Source: Patescibacteria group bacterium
Lineage (GTDB): Bacteria; Patescibacteriota; Doudnabacteria; UBA920
Reading direction: 5' to 3'
NCBI GenBank assembly: GCA_038065175.1
Contig: JBBTRN010000022.1
Coordinates: forward strand, 1 to 48,395
Length of the DNA: 48,395 nt
Shown: one piece after another, positions 39,158-47,797 of the stretch
Layout of the letters: every line of letters starts with the position of its first letter
How positions within the stretch are numbered: position 1 is the stretch's first letter
Made by a program: the position numbers and the translations under genes
Notes under the pieces: generated by a model
What the model saw: the letters and a program-made list of their open reading frames with translations, nothing else
What the model was told of the DNA's origin: nothing
Database searches by the model: none

Positions 39158-40783
39158 TTATTCTATTAATTCTCCGCCAAATACCTGCAAAACATCCACC
39201 AGCGCCCCGGCCTGTGCCTTTTCCGGCTCTTGGCGCACGGCTACTTCGCCCCCCACTGCCAAATTTTGCCCGTAAGTTTCCCTTAAAATCTTTACGATGC
39301 TTTCTTGGTTCTTGGCGTGTTCCAAATTTTGCTTGTGGAATTTATATTTGACGCTTACAATTACGCGAGCGCCGTCCACTCTTGCCAAAGGCGCAGTCCT
39401 TAACAGCTGGGCAAGGGGACCGTTTACGTCTTTTAATTTTTCAATCACCCGGGGCCATTCTGCCGCGATTTGCTCGAGCGTGATGTTGGTTAACGCTGAC
39501 TCAATACCAGCTTCCTTGGCTTCTACCCAACTCTTTCCAGCAACTTCCAAAGCACTACCGGAAACCTCAACCTTGAGCCCGGGCCCTATGGTTGATTTTA
39601 CCGGCTTATGATTTGGCGCCGGCTGGTTATTGCTATTACCGAGTTTTCGCATAGAAGCTTCGACTCCGGCGAGTAGCACCGGCAGATCCGGGCTAGGCGA
39701 CGCAGTCTGCTCTTTGAGTGACCTTAAAAATAACCTCATAATATGGATGATTTCATTCTCGGTTACGCGGCCGACCGACTGTTGTGCTTTACTCAAATGA
39801 TTTTCTGAAAAAAATGAATTGTCTTCCGGACTAATTTTTAAGACTAATATTTTACGCAAATATTCCAAAAAATCCCGGTTAAATACGGTAAAATCAACGC
39901 CTTTCTCTAAAAGTTCATTTAAAAATTCCGGGATGCCGCCTAAGGACGAGTCTATAATTAAATCTAAAAATTTCTCTGATATTGCTATGTCAGTTATTCC
40001 GATTAACTGCAAAACTTCGTCTAAGCCAGGATTATTGCCCAAAGTCAAGACTTTATCCAGCAGGGACATTGCGTCCCTTAAGCCGCCCCCCGCGTTCTCG
40101 GCAATAAGTTTAATTGCTTCTTTTGGCAGCTCGGCATTTTCCCGACCGATAACGAGCAGTAATTGCTCCTCAATTTCCTTTACAGACAAACGCTTAAAAT
40201 CAAACCTCTGGGTCCTGGAAATAATGGTTGCCGGCACTTTTCCGATCTCCGTGGTGGCAAGGATAAAAATCGCGTGGCGGGGAGGCTCTTCTAAAGTTTT
40301 CAACAGGGCGTTAAAAGCGCCTTTGGAGAGCATGTGGATTTCGTCTATGATAAAAATTTTATACGCGCCGCCGGAAGGCGCGAACCTTACATGTTCAATA
40401 AGCTCCCTAACATTATCTACGCCTGTGTTCGATGCCGCGTCGATTTCAATAAGATCAATATAATTCCCAATTTGGATGGCCTTACACACCCCGCATTCCC
40501 CGCACGCATCCCCGGCAGAAATTCCCTCTCCCTGGGGGGGAGGGTTAGGGTGGGGGGATTCCTTAATGCTTGATGCTTGATGCTTGATGTTATTCTGACA
40601 ATTCACAGCCTTAGCCAAAATCCTTGCCACGCTCGTCTTGCCAACGCCCCTTGTGCCCACGAACAAATAGGCGTGCGAAGGGTTCCCCGACGCTACCTGG
40701 TTTTGGAGGGTTTGGATGATGGATTGTTGCCCTACGACTTGCTTAAAAGTCTGTGGCCGATATTTCCTATATAAAACTGGCAT
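39158..40783 (-). CDS. dnaX: DNA polymerase III subunit gamma/tau with an in-frame repeat insertion
   Basis: YRKYRPQTF, GTRGVGKTS, CGECGVCKAI zinc module, IIDEIHML, SRTQRF. The insert reads IKHQASSIKESPHPNPPPQGEGIS. Start at Met12 with TACAAT 9 nt upstream. Confidence 0.9.
   Translation of the reverse strand: MPVLYRKYRPQTFKQVVGQQSIIQTLQNQVASGNPSHAYLFVGTRGVGKTSVARILAKAVNCQNNIKHQASSIKESPHPNPPPQGEGISAGDACGECGVCKAIQIGNYIDLIEIDAASNTGVDNVRELIEHVRFAPSGGAYKIFIIDEIHMLSKGAFNALLKTLEEPPRHAIFILATTEIGKVPATIISRTQRFDFKRLSVKEIEEQLLLVIGRENAELPKEAIKLIAENAGGGLRDAMSLLDKVLTLGNNPGLDEVLQLIGITDIAISEKFLDLIIDSSLGGIPEFLNELLEKGVDFTVFNRDFLEYLRKILVLKISPEDNSFFSENHLSKAQQSVGRVTENEIIHIMRLFLRSLKEQTASPSPDLPVLLAGVEASMRKLGNSNNQPAPNHKPVKSTIGPGLKVEVSGSALEVAGKSWVEAKEAGIESALTNITLEQIAAEWPRVIEKLKDVNGPLAQLLRTAPLARVDGARVIVSVKYKFHKQNLEHAKNQESIVKILRETYGQNLAVGGEVAVRQEPEKAQAGALVDVLQVFGGELIE
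40524..40591. repeat. GC-hairpin plus (GCTTGATG)x3 arm, in frame in dnaX
   Basis: ccctctccctgggggggagggttagggtgggggg followed by attccttaatgcttgatgcttgatgcttgatgtt. Confidence 0.8.
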
Positions 40784-40886
40784 AGTAAAAATATTGTACC
40801 ACCTTTGGACAAACAAAAAAAGCCCTAAGGAACGGGCGGTTTTTTTAAACTTTTACCTACCTTTACTATTATTTTAAATCTATTAT

Positions 40887-41567
40887 CTACTTCCTAAACA
40901 CAAACACCTTATAACCCGTAAAATTCCATACTAGTGAAAAAACCGTGGCGAAAATTTTTGCCAAATTCTTGTTTAAGTCCAAATTTTCCGTAATCGGCCA
41001 ATATTGGGTAATTAACGAGACTAAACCGCTGTTGATTAATGTGCCAATGGCGCTTACCAAAATAAAAGCTAAAACTGTGTGCGCCACGGTATTTTGGGTA
41101 TTTTCAAACCAGCCAAGGGCAAAACTTTTCCAAACCACAATTTCAACCAAAGTTAACACTACCAGCACAGTTAAATAATAAGAGGGATTCGCCTGGGCCC
41201 TACCCCCCACCACAGCTAAAATAATTCCCAAAACTCCAATAGAACCCACTAAAATTGTCCTCCAAAATAGCCTGAACGCGGACACGCCCCCGCTCAAGCC
41301 AAAAGTCCAATTGCCGTTCCAGGCATAACTGTGCGCCAGGGAAATGCCGAAAGTAAGGGCGTTTACGACCCCTAATTTTAGGCCTGTGCTTATGCCATAA
41401 GATTTAGAAATAAGGTTCAAGAGCAAAAAATCCAAAGCCGTAGTCAGAAAACCAATTCCCGCGAACTTCAAAAACTGCAAAATCACTGGCTTAGATTCCA
41501 GCAAACCAGTGATTTTTTGGGTAAGTGATAAATTATTGATTGTTGGTGGGTTAGATAAATTTTCCAT
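40887..41567 (-). CDS. GtrA-like membrane protein
   Basis: FLKFAGIGFLTTALDFLLLNL and a C-terminal WNFTGYKVFVFRK, typical of the GtrA family. Confidence 0.65.
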   Translation of the reverse strand: MENLSNPPTINNLSLTQKITGLLESKPVILQFLKFAGIGFLTTALDFLLLNLISKSYGISTGLKLGVVNALTFGISLAHSYAWNGNWTFGLSGGVSAFRLFWRTILVGSIGVLGIILAVVGGRAQANPSYYLTVLVVLTLVEIVVWKSFALGWFENTQNTVAHTVLAFILVSAIGTLINSGLVSLITQYWPITENLDLNKNLAKIFATVFSLVWNFTGYKVFVFRK

Positions 41568-41600
41568 GGTTCATGCTTCAGGGTTCAAAGTTGTTTGGCT

Positions 41601-42218
41601 CTACAACTCCTCGTCGTCATTAGAGAGCAGCCTGGACTTTGTCGGTTTGCTTTCCAACTCTACATCCGCGGCATTTGTGGAAGCGCCTTGTTTGATTACA
41701 TTTTCCACAGCTGCCCATTCTGCCTCGCCCTCCTGGGGAAGCACAATGGTAACTTCGTCTCCCGGTTCAGATTTAAAATAAGTTAAAGAAGCAGTAAGCA
41801 CCCTGTAAGATTTACCCTCGGCCACAACTTTAAAATCCCCTCTTTCGTCCGCAGACAGTACCCCAAGAATTTTTTTCCTTTCCACAGGTCCAATTTGCTT
41901 ATAAATAAAAGATCCGTCGTCGGAAATAGTCAACTTCAAAACATCGCCGACAACTAATTTGGATTTAGAAGCGTAATTGGCAGGCACAGGGTACTGCTTG
42001 CCGTCCGGGCCTACCATGTTCTGTCCGTCAAATACGCCTTCAATTATTTTTCCGCCTTCGGAAACGGAAAGACCCTGGGCTTTGTCCGCGAAATTAATAG
42101 ACGCGCGGAGAGGCGCCCCGCCAATAATTTCCCTTAAGAGCTGCTTGGCTGACTGGATATTCTTTTCAGCCGAATCTATCATTTGCGCAATAAGCGCCAA
42201 ATTGGAAAGTTTGTCCAT
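41601..42218 (-). CDS. Hypothetical protein (205 aa)
   Basis: ORF with two beta-rich repeats (…VVGDVLKLTISDDGSFIYKQI… / …FKVVAEGKSYRVLTASL…) and an acidic tail. Confidence 0.5.
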   Translation of the reverse strand: MDKLSNLALIAQMIDSAEKNIQSAKQLLREIIGGAPLRASINFADKAQGLSVSEGGKIIEGVFDGQNMVGPDGKQYPVPANYASKSKLVVGDVLKLTISDDGSFIYKQIGPVERKKILGVLSADERGDFKVVAEGKSYRVLTASLTYFKSEPGDEVTIVLPQEGEAEWAAVENVIKQGASTNAADVELESKPTKSRLLSNDDEEL

Positions 42219-42342
42219 ATTTTTCTTTATTTTTCGATGATTTTAGCGAGCTTTACCTTTTTTGTTTCAAAAAATCCTATCTAAAGCAAACTTATTATAA
42301 ACTATAATAGGAAATTGCGCAAATCGCCAATCCACAAGCAGA

Positions 42343-42609
42343 TTAATGCGCGACCGCGGGGGCATGCCCCCCGCCGCCACCACCGCCACCGCCGCCCTTA
42401 CCTGAAAAAGGTGCGCCAAAAAAATCTAAAGTTTTAGTGGCTTCATTTATTAGGTCGGATACTCCTTCTCTGTTAAAGACTCCAAAAAGCATGGATCCAA
42501 ATAAAAACAAAGGGGAAGTTTCTGCAAGCTTTCGCTGCCAATTCCCTTTGCCTCCTCCTGCCTTGGTTTCTTGTTTTGGGGCTCCCCCCAGTTCCGCAGC
42601 GCTCGCCAT
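42343..42609 (-). CDS. Small Gly-rich protein with a G12 tract
   Basis: One hydrophobic segment (SPLFLFGSMLFGVF). C-terminal GKGGGGGGGGGGHAPAVAH is encoded by (GGN)n at 42361-42396. Confidence 0.45.
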   Translation of the reverse strand: MASAAELGGAPKQETKAGGGKGNWQRKLAETSPLFLFGSMLFGVFNREGVSDLINEATKTLDFFGAPFSGKGGGGGGGGGGHAPAVAH

Positions 42610-42612
42610 AGT

Positions 42613-42843
42613 TTAATTAAATTTATGGTTAATATCCATTAATTGGTTCCGTAAAGTTTTCAGCTCCCAATAATACCCCACATACTTGTCTATAAATTTT
42701 ACCAAATCCTCCCTGCTTTTAACCTGTTCGCAAACCGGCTCAAAAGCCTTCATAATTATTACCATGTCTTTCAGTGAAATTTTCTGATCCTGCAAAAGCT
42801 TGCCGATAAATTTTGAAAAAATATTAATGTAATTTTCTTCCAT
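42613..42843 (-). CDS. Hypothetical protein (76 aa)
   Basis: ORF only. Its stop lies 3 nt before the next start. Repeat copy 3 ends 20 nt upstream of its ATG. Confidence 0.45.
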   Translation of the reverse strand: MEENYINIFSKFIGKLLQDQKISLKDMVIIMKAFEPVCEQVKSREDLVKFIDKYVGYYWELKTLRNQLMDINHKFN

Positions 42844-42863
42844 TTTACGCTTTGACTTTTATA

Positions 42864-43033
42864 GGACTTACGCGCTTGGCCAAGAATGAGGCATTTTGTG
42901 AGGATTTTGAGAGGCGTACTTTGCGTACGCCGAACAAAACCGCGGCAAAATAACGAAATTATTGGCCAAGCCCTTGCGGTTCCAACCCTTAAGTTCCGGC
43001 TTTGCCGGACTTTGAGTTGGAACGCGTAAGTCC
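42864..43033. repeat. GGACTTACG-TIR structured element, copy 3
   Basis: Termini ggacttacgcg / cgcgtaagtcc. Conserved core aggcattttgtgaggattttgagag-gcgtac-tttg-cgtacgc-cgaacaaaaccgcggcaaaataacgaaattattggccaag. Confidence 0.8.
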
Positions 43034-43053
43034 TATTTTAGCTTTACAGCTTT

Positions 43054-45609
43054 TTACAAGCCGCGTTCAATGCTGGGCAATGCTTCGGACATATTCTCCG
43101 CGACCTGGCTCGCTTCCAAAAGCTCCTTTTCCACTTCTGCGCGGGGGCGCCCATATTTTAACCTGGACAGTTGCCTAATGGCTTCAGCAATTTCCTCGCT
43201 ACCTTCTCTCCTGGGCGGCATGGTGGCCATATTAAACGGCTTACTGGCCGTGCCGTTGACCATAAGCTTTACATAAGCATTATATCTGTCTATATTAACC
43301 AAATCAAATTGGTTAAAAGTCGGCGCGAATTCCTTGCCTAAAACTTCGCTGTCTTCCGCGCCGGTCCTGAATACGACCATACTGCCCACATTGCCGAACA
43401 CGGCATCCCGTAAATCTTTGGTGCTCGCGCCTTGCGCCCCGGCCTGGGTTTCCAGTTGGCCTAAATACTGATGCGCAATAATCAGATTTAATTTATATTT
43501 CCTGGCTTCTGAAAGAATCGACGAGAAAGCGTCAGTAATGAAATTTTGGAACTCATCGACATACAAATAAAAGTCTTTGCGTTTTTCTTCAGGCATATCC
43601 GCTCTGGATAAAGCGGCGATTTGGATTTTAGAAACTAAAATTAATCCCAATAATTTCGCGTTAATTTCACCCGTGCGGCCCTTAGACAAATTTACCAAAA
43701 GCACCTTCCCCTCGTCCATTACGCGCCTAAAATTAAAACCGCTCTTCGGCTGGCCAATAATGTTGCGCATCATGGTATTTTCCACAAACCTGCCGACTTT
43801 GGAAATTAAATAGCCGAGCATTTCGCTCTTGTGGAAGTCCGAAGTTTTAGCCATTTCTTTTTCCCAAAACAGCCTCACCACAGGGTCTTTAACTTTGGAA
43901 AGTTTATAGCGCTGAAATTCAGTGTCAGTAAAAATCCTTGGGATGTCTGCCACCGTTCCGGGATGCTCTTCGTCTGCCATAAGCGTGAGCATGGCGTTCC
44001 TCATATTGTGCTCGAACATAGGCCCAAGCATTGCCGGGTCAGTCACCAGTTTATAAAAAATAGAAATCATTTCCTGCACTGCGAAATCTTTTTGCTCCTC
44101 GCTGTCGACTTCGAGCATATTTAAACCAATGGGCCTGTCCATGTCAAACGGCTCTAAGACTATTATGTCTTCCGCCCTTTCTTTTGGGCAATTAAGTAAA
44201 ATATCCTGGATTAAATCCCCGTGCGGGTCAACAACGCACAAGCCTTCACCGTTTTTAATATCCTGGATAGCCATGTTGGCAAGCAGGACTGATTTGCCGC
44301 TGCCTGTCCTGCCTAAAATATAAGTGTGTCTGCGCCTGTCTTCGCGGCCCTGGTAAATCGGCGTTTCCATATTTCTATAAATATTTTTGCCGATTAATAA
44401 TCCTTCCTGATAAACATTTATGGGAGGCGGCGCTTTTTTGGAAATCAGCCATTTGATATTTGGCGTTTCTATATACGGAGTGGGTAGATGCCACAAAGAA
44501 CACATTTCTTCCGTGTTAATGATATTGGTATTTCCGTAATCCCTAAAAACGCGAAATATATAATCTTTCAATATATCGTCTTTGCTCCTTCTTTTAACCC
44601 TAAAACCGTTAAATGGAGGCATGTTAAATTGCAAAAAACTGGACATAAGGTTGTGCATATGGGTCTTGGCATTTCCCGGAATTGCCGATGATGTAATCAA
44701 TCTAATATTTGCCTTATAGCCCGGACGGCTGGCTTTTTCTTCTAATTTTTTCACAATCTCCTGCTGCATTGGAGTCAATTGGATAGGCGCGGCATAACCG
44801 GTTAAATCCTTATGGATATGGGATCCCGAAGACTGGCCTTTGCTCACAGTGCCCGTTATGGCTCCGGCAAAAAATCTTCTAAACCCCACAAAAAACCTAT
44901 AAATATGCCCCCGTTCTATTAGTTCCGGATTTTTTCCCTGTTGGACTTCCAGTGCCATATGTCTCGGCGTAGCCTGCCAACCGGTGCCAGCAGGGCTAAT
45001 AACATACTGAATAGCCGCGCCTTCATTCTCCTGCAATTTCGACATAGCGTTAGTAAGGGCATTTAGAGGGTCAGTCTCCGTGATTTTATAAGTCCTAAAA
45101 GGGTAAACATATTTTTTATTCAGGCACAGTTCGCGAACTTCCACCTCCGCGCCTTTTTGAAATGGATTATAGCCGCGAACCTGTTCCAAAAACGCGTGCG
45201 GGTACTGGGCCTGCAGCTGCTTTTCCACCAATTGTTGCAAATGTTTCGGGCAATTAATAAAAAATGAAATCTTTTTTTCAGTGCAGGCGATTTCAAAACT
45301 GTAATAATCCTTGCCCTTAAGCCAACCCCTTGAATTCCCCGATTCCGACAAAGTGGTAAACAACTGCTCCCCTACCGAGATCATATGTTTTTTTTCTTCC
45401 TCTGCTTTTACGCGCTGCTGCTCCTTTTCCTCACTGCTCTCTTTGGGCATTTGGATTTCCAAAAACACCCAGTCCATTGTACGGGGTATAATGTGACCCT
45501 TGTGGTAAATATGCCGCTTGAAATAATAAAAAAACACGGCCAGGAAGACTATTACAAGGCCAATTAGCAACGATATAGCGATTTGCACCGCGCTCAAATC
45601 AACCGGCAT
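43054..45609 (-). CDS. TraD/VirD4/TrwB-like (type IV coupling-protein-like) P-loop ATPase with an N-terminal TM helix
   Basis: TM helix IAISLLIGLVIVFLAVFFYYF. Walker A ILGRTGSGKS, Walker B FYLYVDEFQNF, IIAHQYLGQL. Confidence 0.65.
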   Translation of the reverse strand: MPVDLSAVQIAISLLIGLVIVFLAVFFYYFKRHIYHKGHIIPRTMDWVFLEIQMPKESSEEKEQQRVKAEEEKKHMISVGEQLFTTLSESGNSRGWLKGKDYYSFEIACTEKKISFFINCPKHLQQLVEKQLQAQYPHAFLEQVRGYNPFQKGAEVEVRELCLNKKYVYPFRTYKITETDPLNALTNAMSKLQENEGAAIQYVISPAGTGWQATPRHMALEVQQGKNPELIERGHIYRFFVGFRRFFAGAITGTVSKGQSSGSHIHKDLTGYAAPIQLTPMQQEIVKKLEEKASRPGYKANIRLITSSAIPGNAKTHMHNLMSSFLQFNMPPFNGFRVKRRSKDDILKDYIFRVFRDYGNTNIINTEEMCSLWHLPTPYIETPNIKWLISKKAPPPINVYQEGLLIGKNIYRNMETPIYQGREDRRRHTYILGRTGSGKSVLLANMAIQDIKNGEGLCVVDPHGDLIQDILLNCPKERAEDIIVLEPFDMDRPIGLNMLEVDSEEQKDFAVQEMISIFYKLVTDPAMLGPMFEHNMRNAMLTLMADEEHPGTVADIPRIFTDTEFQRYKLSKVKDPVVRLFWEKEMAKTSDFHKSEMLGYLISKVGRFVENTMMRNIIGQPKSGFNFRRVMDEGKVLLVNLSKGRTGEINAKLLGLILVSKIQIAALSRADMPEEKRKDFYLYVDEFQNFITDAFSSILSEARKYKLNLIIAHQYLGQLETQAGAQGASTKDLRDAVFGNVGSMVVFRTGAEDSEVLGKEFAPTFNQFDLVNIDRYNAYVKLMVNGTASKPFNMATMPPRREGSEEIAEAIRQLSRLKYGRPRAEVEKELLEASQVAENMSEALPSIERGL

Positions 45610-45633
45610 TTGTTTTTATTTTAGCCGCGTTAG

Positions 45634-46023
45634 TTAATTCAGGTTGGGGTTTTCTTGGTTTTTTTCAGAGGCATTTAGGATTCTCTCTAAAGCACTAGCT
45701 GGGTCGTTAATATCACCCCCCTGCAACATATCTAAAAAATGCTGAAGTTCTGCGCGCGGTTCAGCCACGCCGCCAGTTTCATGACTGATTGCCTCTTTAG
45801 CTTCTTTCAAAATCGCCGGGTCCACCAAGGAAACCTTGCCTGCCTCAATGGCTTCAATTTGCTTTTTGAGTATAGCCTCAAGATCCTTGGAAGATTGGAC
45901 TGAGCCCCGCCCCTCCCCCCTTTCTTCAGTTCGAGGTCTAAGATCAAAGCCCAGCTCACCAGGGTTAGGTTCTTCTTTTGCCACTGATTTTTTTATAATT
46001 TCTGATATATTTGGTTGATCCAT
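45634..46023 (-). CDS. Hypothetical acidic protein (129 aa)
   Basis: ORF only. Confidence 0.4.
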   Translation of the reverse strand: MDQPNISEIIKKSVAKEEPNPGELGFDLRPRTEERGEGRGSVQSSKDLEAILKKQIEAIEAGKVSLVDPAILKEAKEAISHETGGVAEPRAELQHFLDMLQGGDINDPASALERILNASEKNQENPNLN

Positions 46024-46137
46024 AATATAAATTATACCACAAAATTAATTTAACTCCAAATTTTACACTGTTTTTGTAAAAATGTCAACGCACCGGGATT
46101 TATCTGTGTCATCTGTGATAGTCTGTGTATCTGTGGA

Positions 46138-46581
46138 CTAAACCTTCCCTTCTTTCTCCCATTTTCTCTCAAGCTTCCTAATTTTCGCCTCATCAAACCC
46201 AAAATGGTGCCCAATCTCGTGCCAGACTACCCGGCGGACAAGACTCCTAATCGCCAATTCTTCATCACCGGCCGATAAGCCCTGAGCTTGTGGTTCGGCG
46301 TTGCTCACCACCTGACCACCATGAGTTTGTCGAAATGGTCGGAGGGCAAACTTCTCAATCGTCGCTTTATAAATAGTAATCTTGTCAGGCAGGGTTGGAT
46401 TCATGCCATAACTGGACCCTCGGCGGGCTTGCGAAATGCCGTGGTATAAACCGAACAAAGAATTATTCGGCGACTCGCCCTCTTCTAAAACAATACCGAC
46501 ATTATCCATCTTTTTCCGAATGGACGAGGGCAAAGCTTCAACCGCTTGTGCGATTAAATTTTCAAATTCCTGCTTCTCCAT
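46138..46581 (-). CDS. Zincin-like metallopeptidase family protein (DUF1025-like)
   Basis: N-terminal FENLIAQAVEALPSSIRKKMDNVGIVLEE and the HEIGHHFG zinc motif. Confidence 0.65.
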   Translation of the reverse strand: MEKQEFENLIAQAVEALPSSIRKKMDNVGIVLEEGESPNNSLFGLYHGISQARRGSSYGMNPTLPDKITIYKATIEKFALRPFRQTHGGQVVSNAEPQAQGLSAGDEELAIRSLVRRVVWHEIGHHFGFDEAKIRKLERKWEKEGKV

Positions 46582-46601
46582 ATTTGAACAATAAATTTTC
46601 C

Positions 46602-46631
46602 GTACTTAAATACTGTACAGTATTTAAGTAC
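46602..46631. repeat. 30-bp perfect palindrome GTACTTAAATACTGTACAGTATTTAAGTAC
   Basis: Perfect dyad. It supplies the TAA stop of the YerC-like gene and sits 20 nt upstream of ATG 46581. Confidence 0.85.
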
Positions 46632-47157
46632 CTTCCTTACTTTGCCTTAATAAAACTTTCAACTCCTGAGCTAATTTGGTTTTTTCTTTCATTTGATTGA
46701 CTACATTCAGTAGTTTCTGCTTTTCTTTTTTATTTGCAGAACTGACAATCTGCTTTAGCAAAATTTGTGGCCAAAAATACATCGGGTAACTATGCTTTAA
46801 GCGATCCCAAGGCAAACTTTCTTTTTCAATCTTTCTGGACTGTCTTGTCCTCTCTATAACCATGCGGAAACCATCGCCATAATTCTGTAGCCAAGTTTGA
46901 ACTCTGGATATGGTCGGATCACTCACCTTTATTTCTTCCCTGATGTCTGCATAAGTGAGGCCGTCATTTAAATAGCGCGCAATCTGAAGTCTTCTAGCAA
47001 GCATAATGGCCTCCTGTTCCGAAAGTAAATCTCGGATTAAATTCGCTGCTTCAATAGAATTTTTAACACTTGAAATCGCTACGGCAAATTCAACGAATAA
47101 AGCTTCGACATCCTCCTTATTTAATTTTTTGTGATTTGTAAATTTGCCCATTTGCAA
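46624..47157 (-). CDS. YerC/YecD (TrpR-like) family DNA-binding protein with a C-terminal extension
   Basis: EEAIMLARRLQIARYLNDGLTYADIREEIKVSDPTISRVQTWLQ matches the TrpR-like YerC/YecD helix-turn-helix. Confidence 0.65.
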   Translation of the reverse strand: MQMGKFTNHKKLNKEDVEALFVEFAVAISSVKNSIEAANLIRDLLSEQEAIMLARRLQIARYLNDGLTYADIREEIKVSDPTISRVQTWLQNYGDGFRMVIERTRQSRKIEKESLPWDRLKHSYPMYFWPQILLKQIVSSANKKEKQKLLNVVNQMKEKTKLAQELKVLLRQSKEGT

Positions 47158-47173
47158 AAAAAAATATGCCTTT

Positions 47174-47199
47174 ACTTACATACTATACAGTATTTAAGT
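47174..47199. promoter_or_regulatory. Imperfect copy of the 26-bp palindrome, 17 nt upstream of the YerC-like ATG (candidate operator)
   Basis: acttacatactatacagtatttaagt has 2 mismatches to dyad symmetry. It overlaps a minus-strand TATAGT -10 candidate and supplies the TAG stop of the HAD gene. Confidence 0.4.
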
Positions 47200-47797
47200 A
47201 TGTGTCAATTATATATTTTGTGGAGTTAAAATCCTTATGAAGCTGTGCGTTAAAACCAAAAGCCTTTGCCGAAGCAATTACTGAGGGTGTGTCATCGATT
47301 ACCAAAACTTCAGCTTTTCGCACTTTTGGGATTCTTTTATGCGCCTCTTGCCAAAATTCCACTTGAGGTTTTAAGAATCCCAGCTCAAACGAAGCCAAAG
47401 TGCCGTTTAAAAATTCACTCAAACCCACCATACTCCACAAATACCTCACCCGATACTTTTCATTATTGGTCGAGAGATAACACGCAATACCTTTCTGGCG
47501 GAGAACCTGAATGTATTCCAACATTCTCTTGTCCGCATCCGCCTCGCCACTAAACCAAAAATCTAATAATTCTTCTAAAGATTTATCCCAACCCCAAGCG
47601 CTAATTCTGCCCGCCAATTCCTCCTTTAAATCGGCCTTGCCAGTTTCACACAACAAAAATTCTTTGCCAAAAAAATCATGAATTTTTTTGGCATCTAATT
47701 CAATACCTAAATCCATCAAACGCGCACTAAAATATTTTTCCCTCCTAATGATCGGCCCGTCGCAGTCAAATAAAATAACTTTGATCATAAAATTCAA
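47183..47797 (-). CDS. HAD-superfamily hydrolase
   Basis: ILFDCDGPII (DxDG motif I), STNN, and VIDD near the C-terminus. Confidence 0.75.
   Translation of the reverse strand: MNFMIKVILFDCDGPIIRREKYFSARLMDLGIELDAKKIHDFFGKEFLLCETGKADLKEELAGRISAWGWDKSLEELLDFWFSGEADADKRMLEYIQVLRQKGIACYLSTNNEKYRVRYLWSMVGLSEFLNGTLASFELGFLKPQVEFWQEAHKRIPKVRKAEVLVIDDTPSVIASAKAFGFNAQLHKDFNSTKYIIDTYLNTV

Noticed and set aside
46255-46335. A possible repeat-derived insert (…RPFRQTHGGQVVSNAEPQAQGLSAGDE…) in the zincin-like peptidase.
   Set aside because: The segment is GC-richer and looks like extra sequence, but I found no convincing inverted repeat or match to the other families. I left it as part of the CDS.
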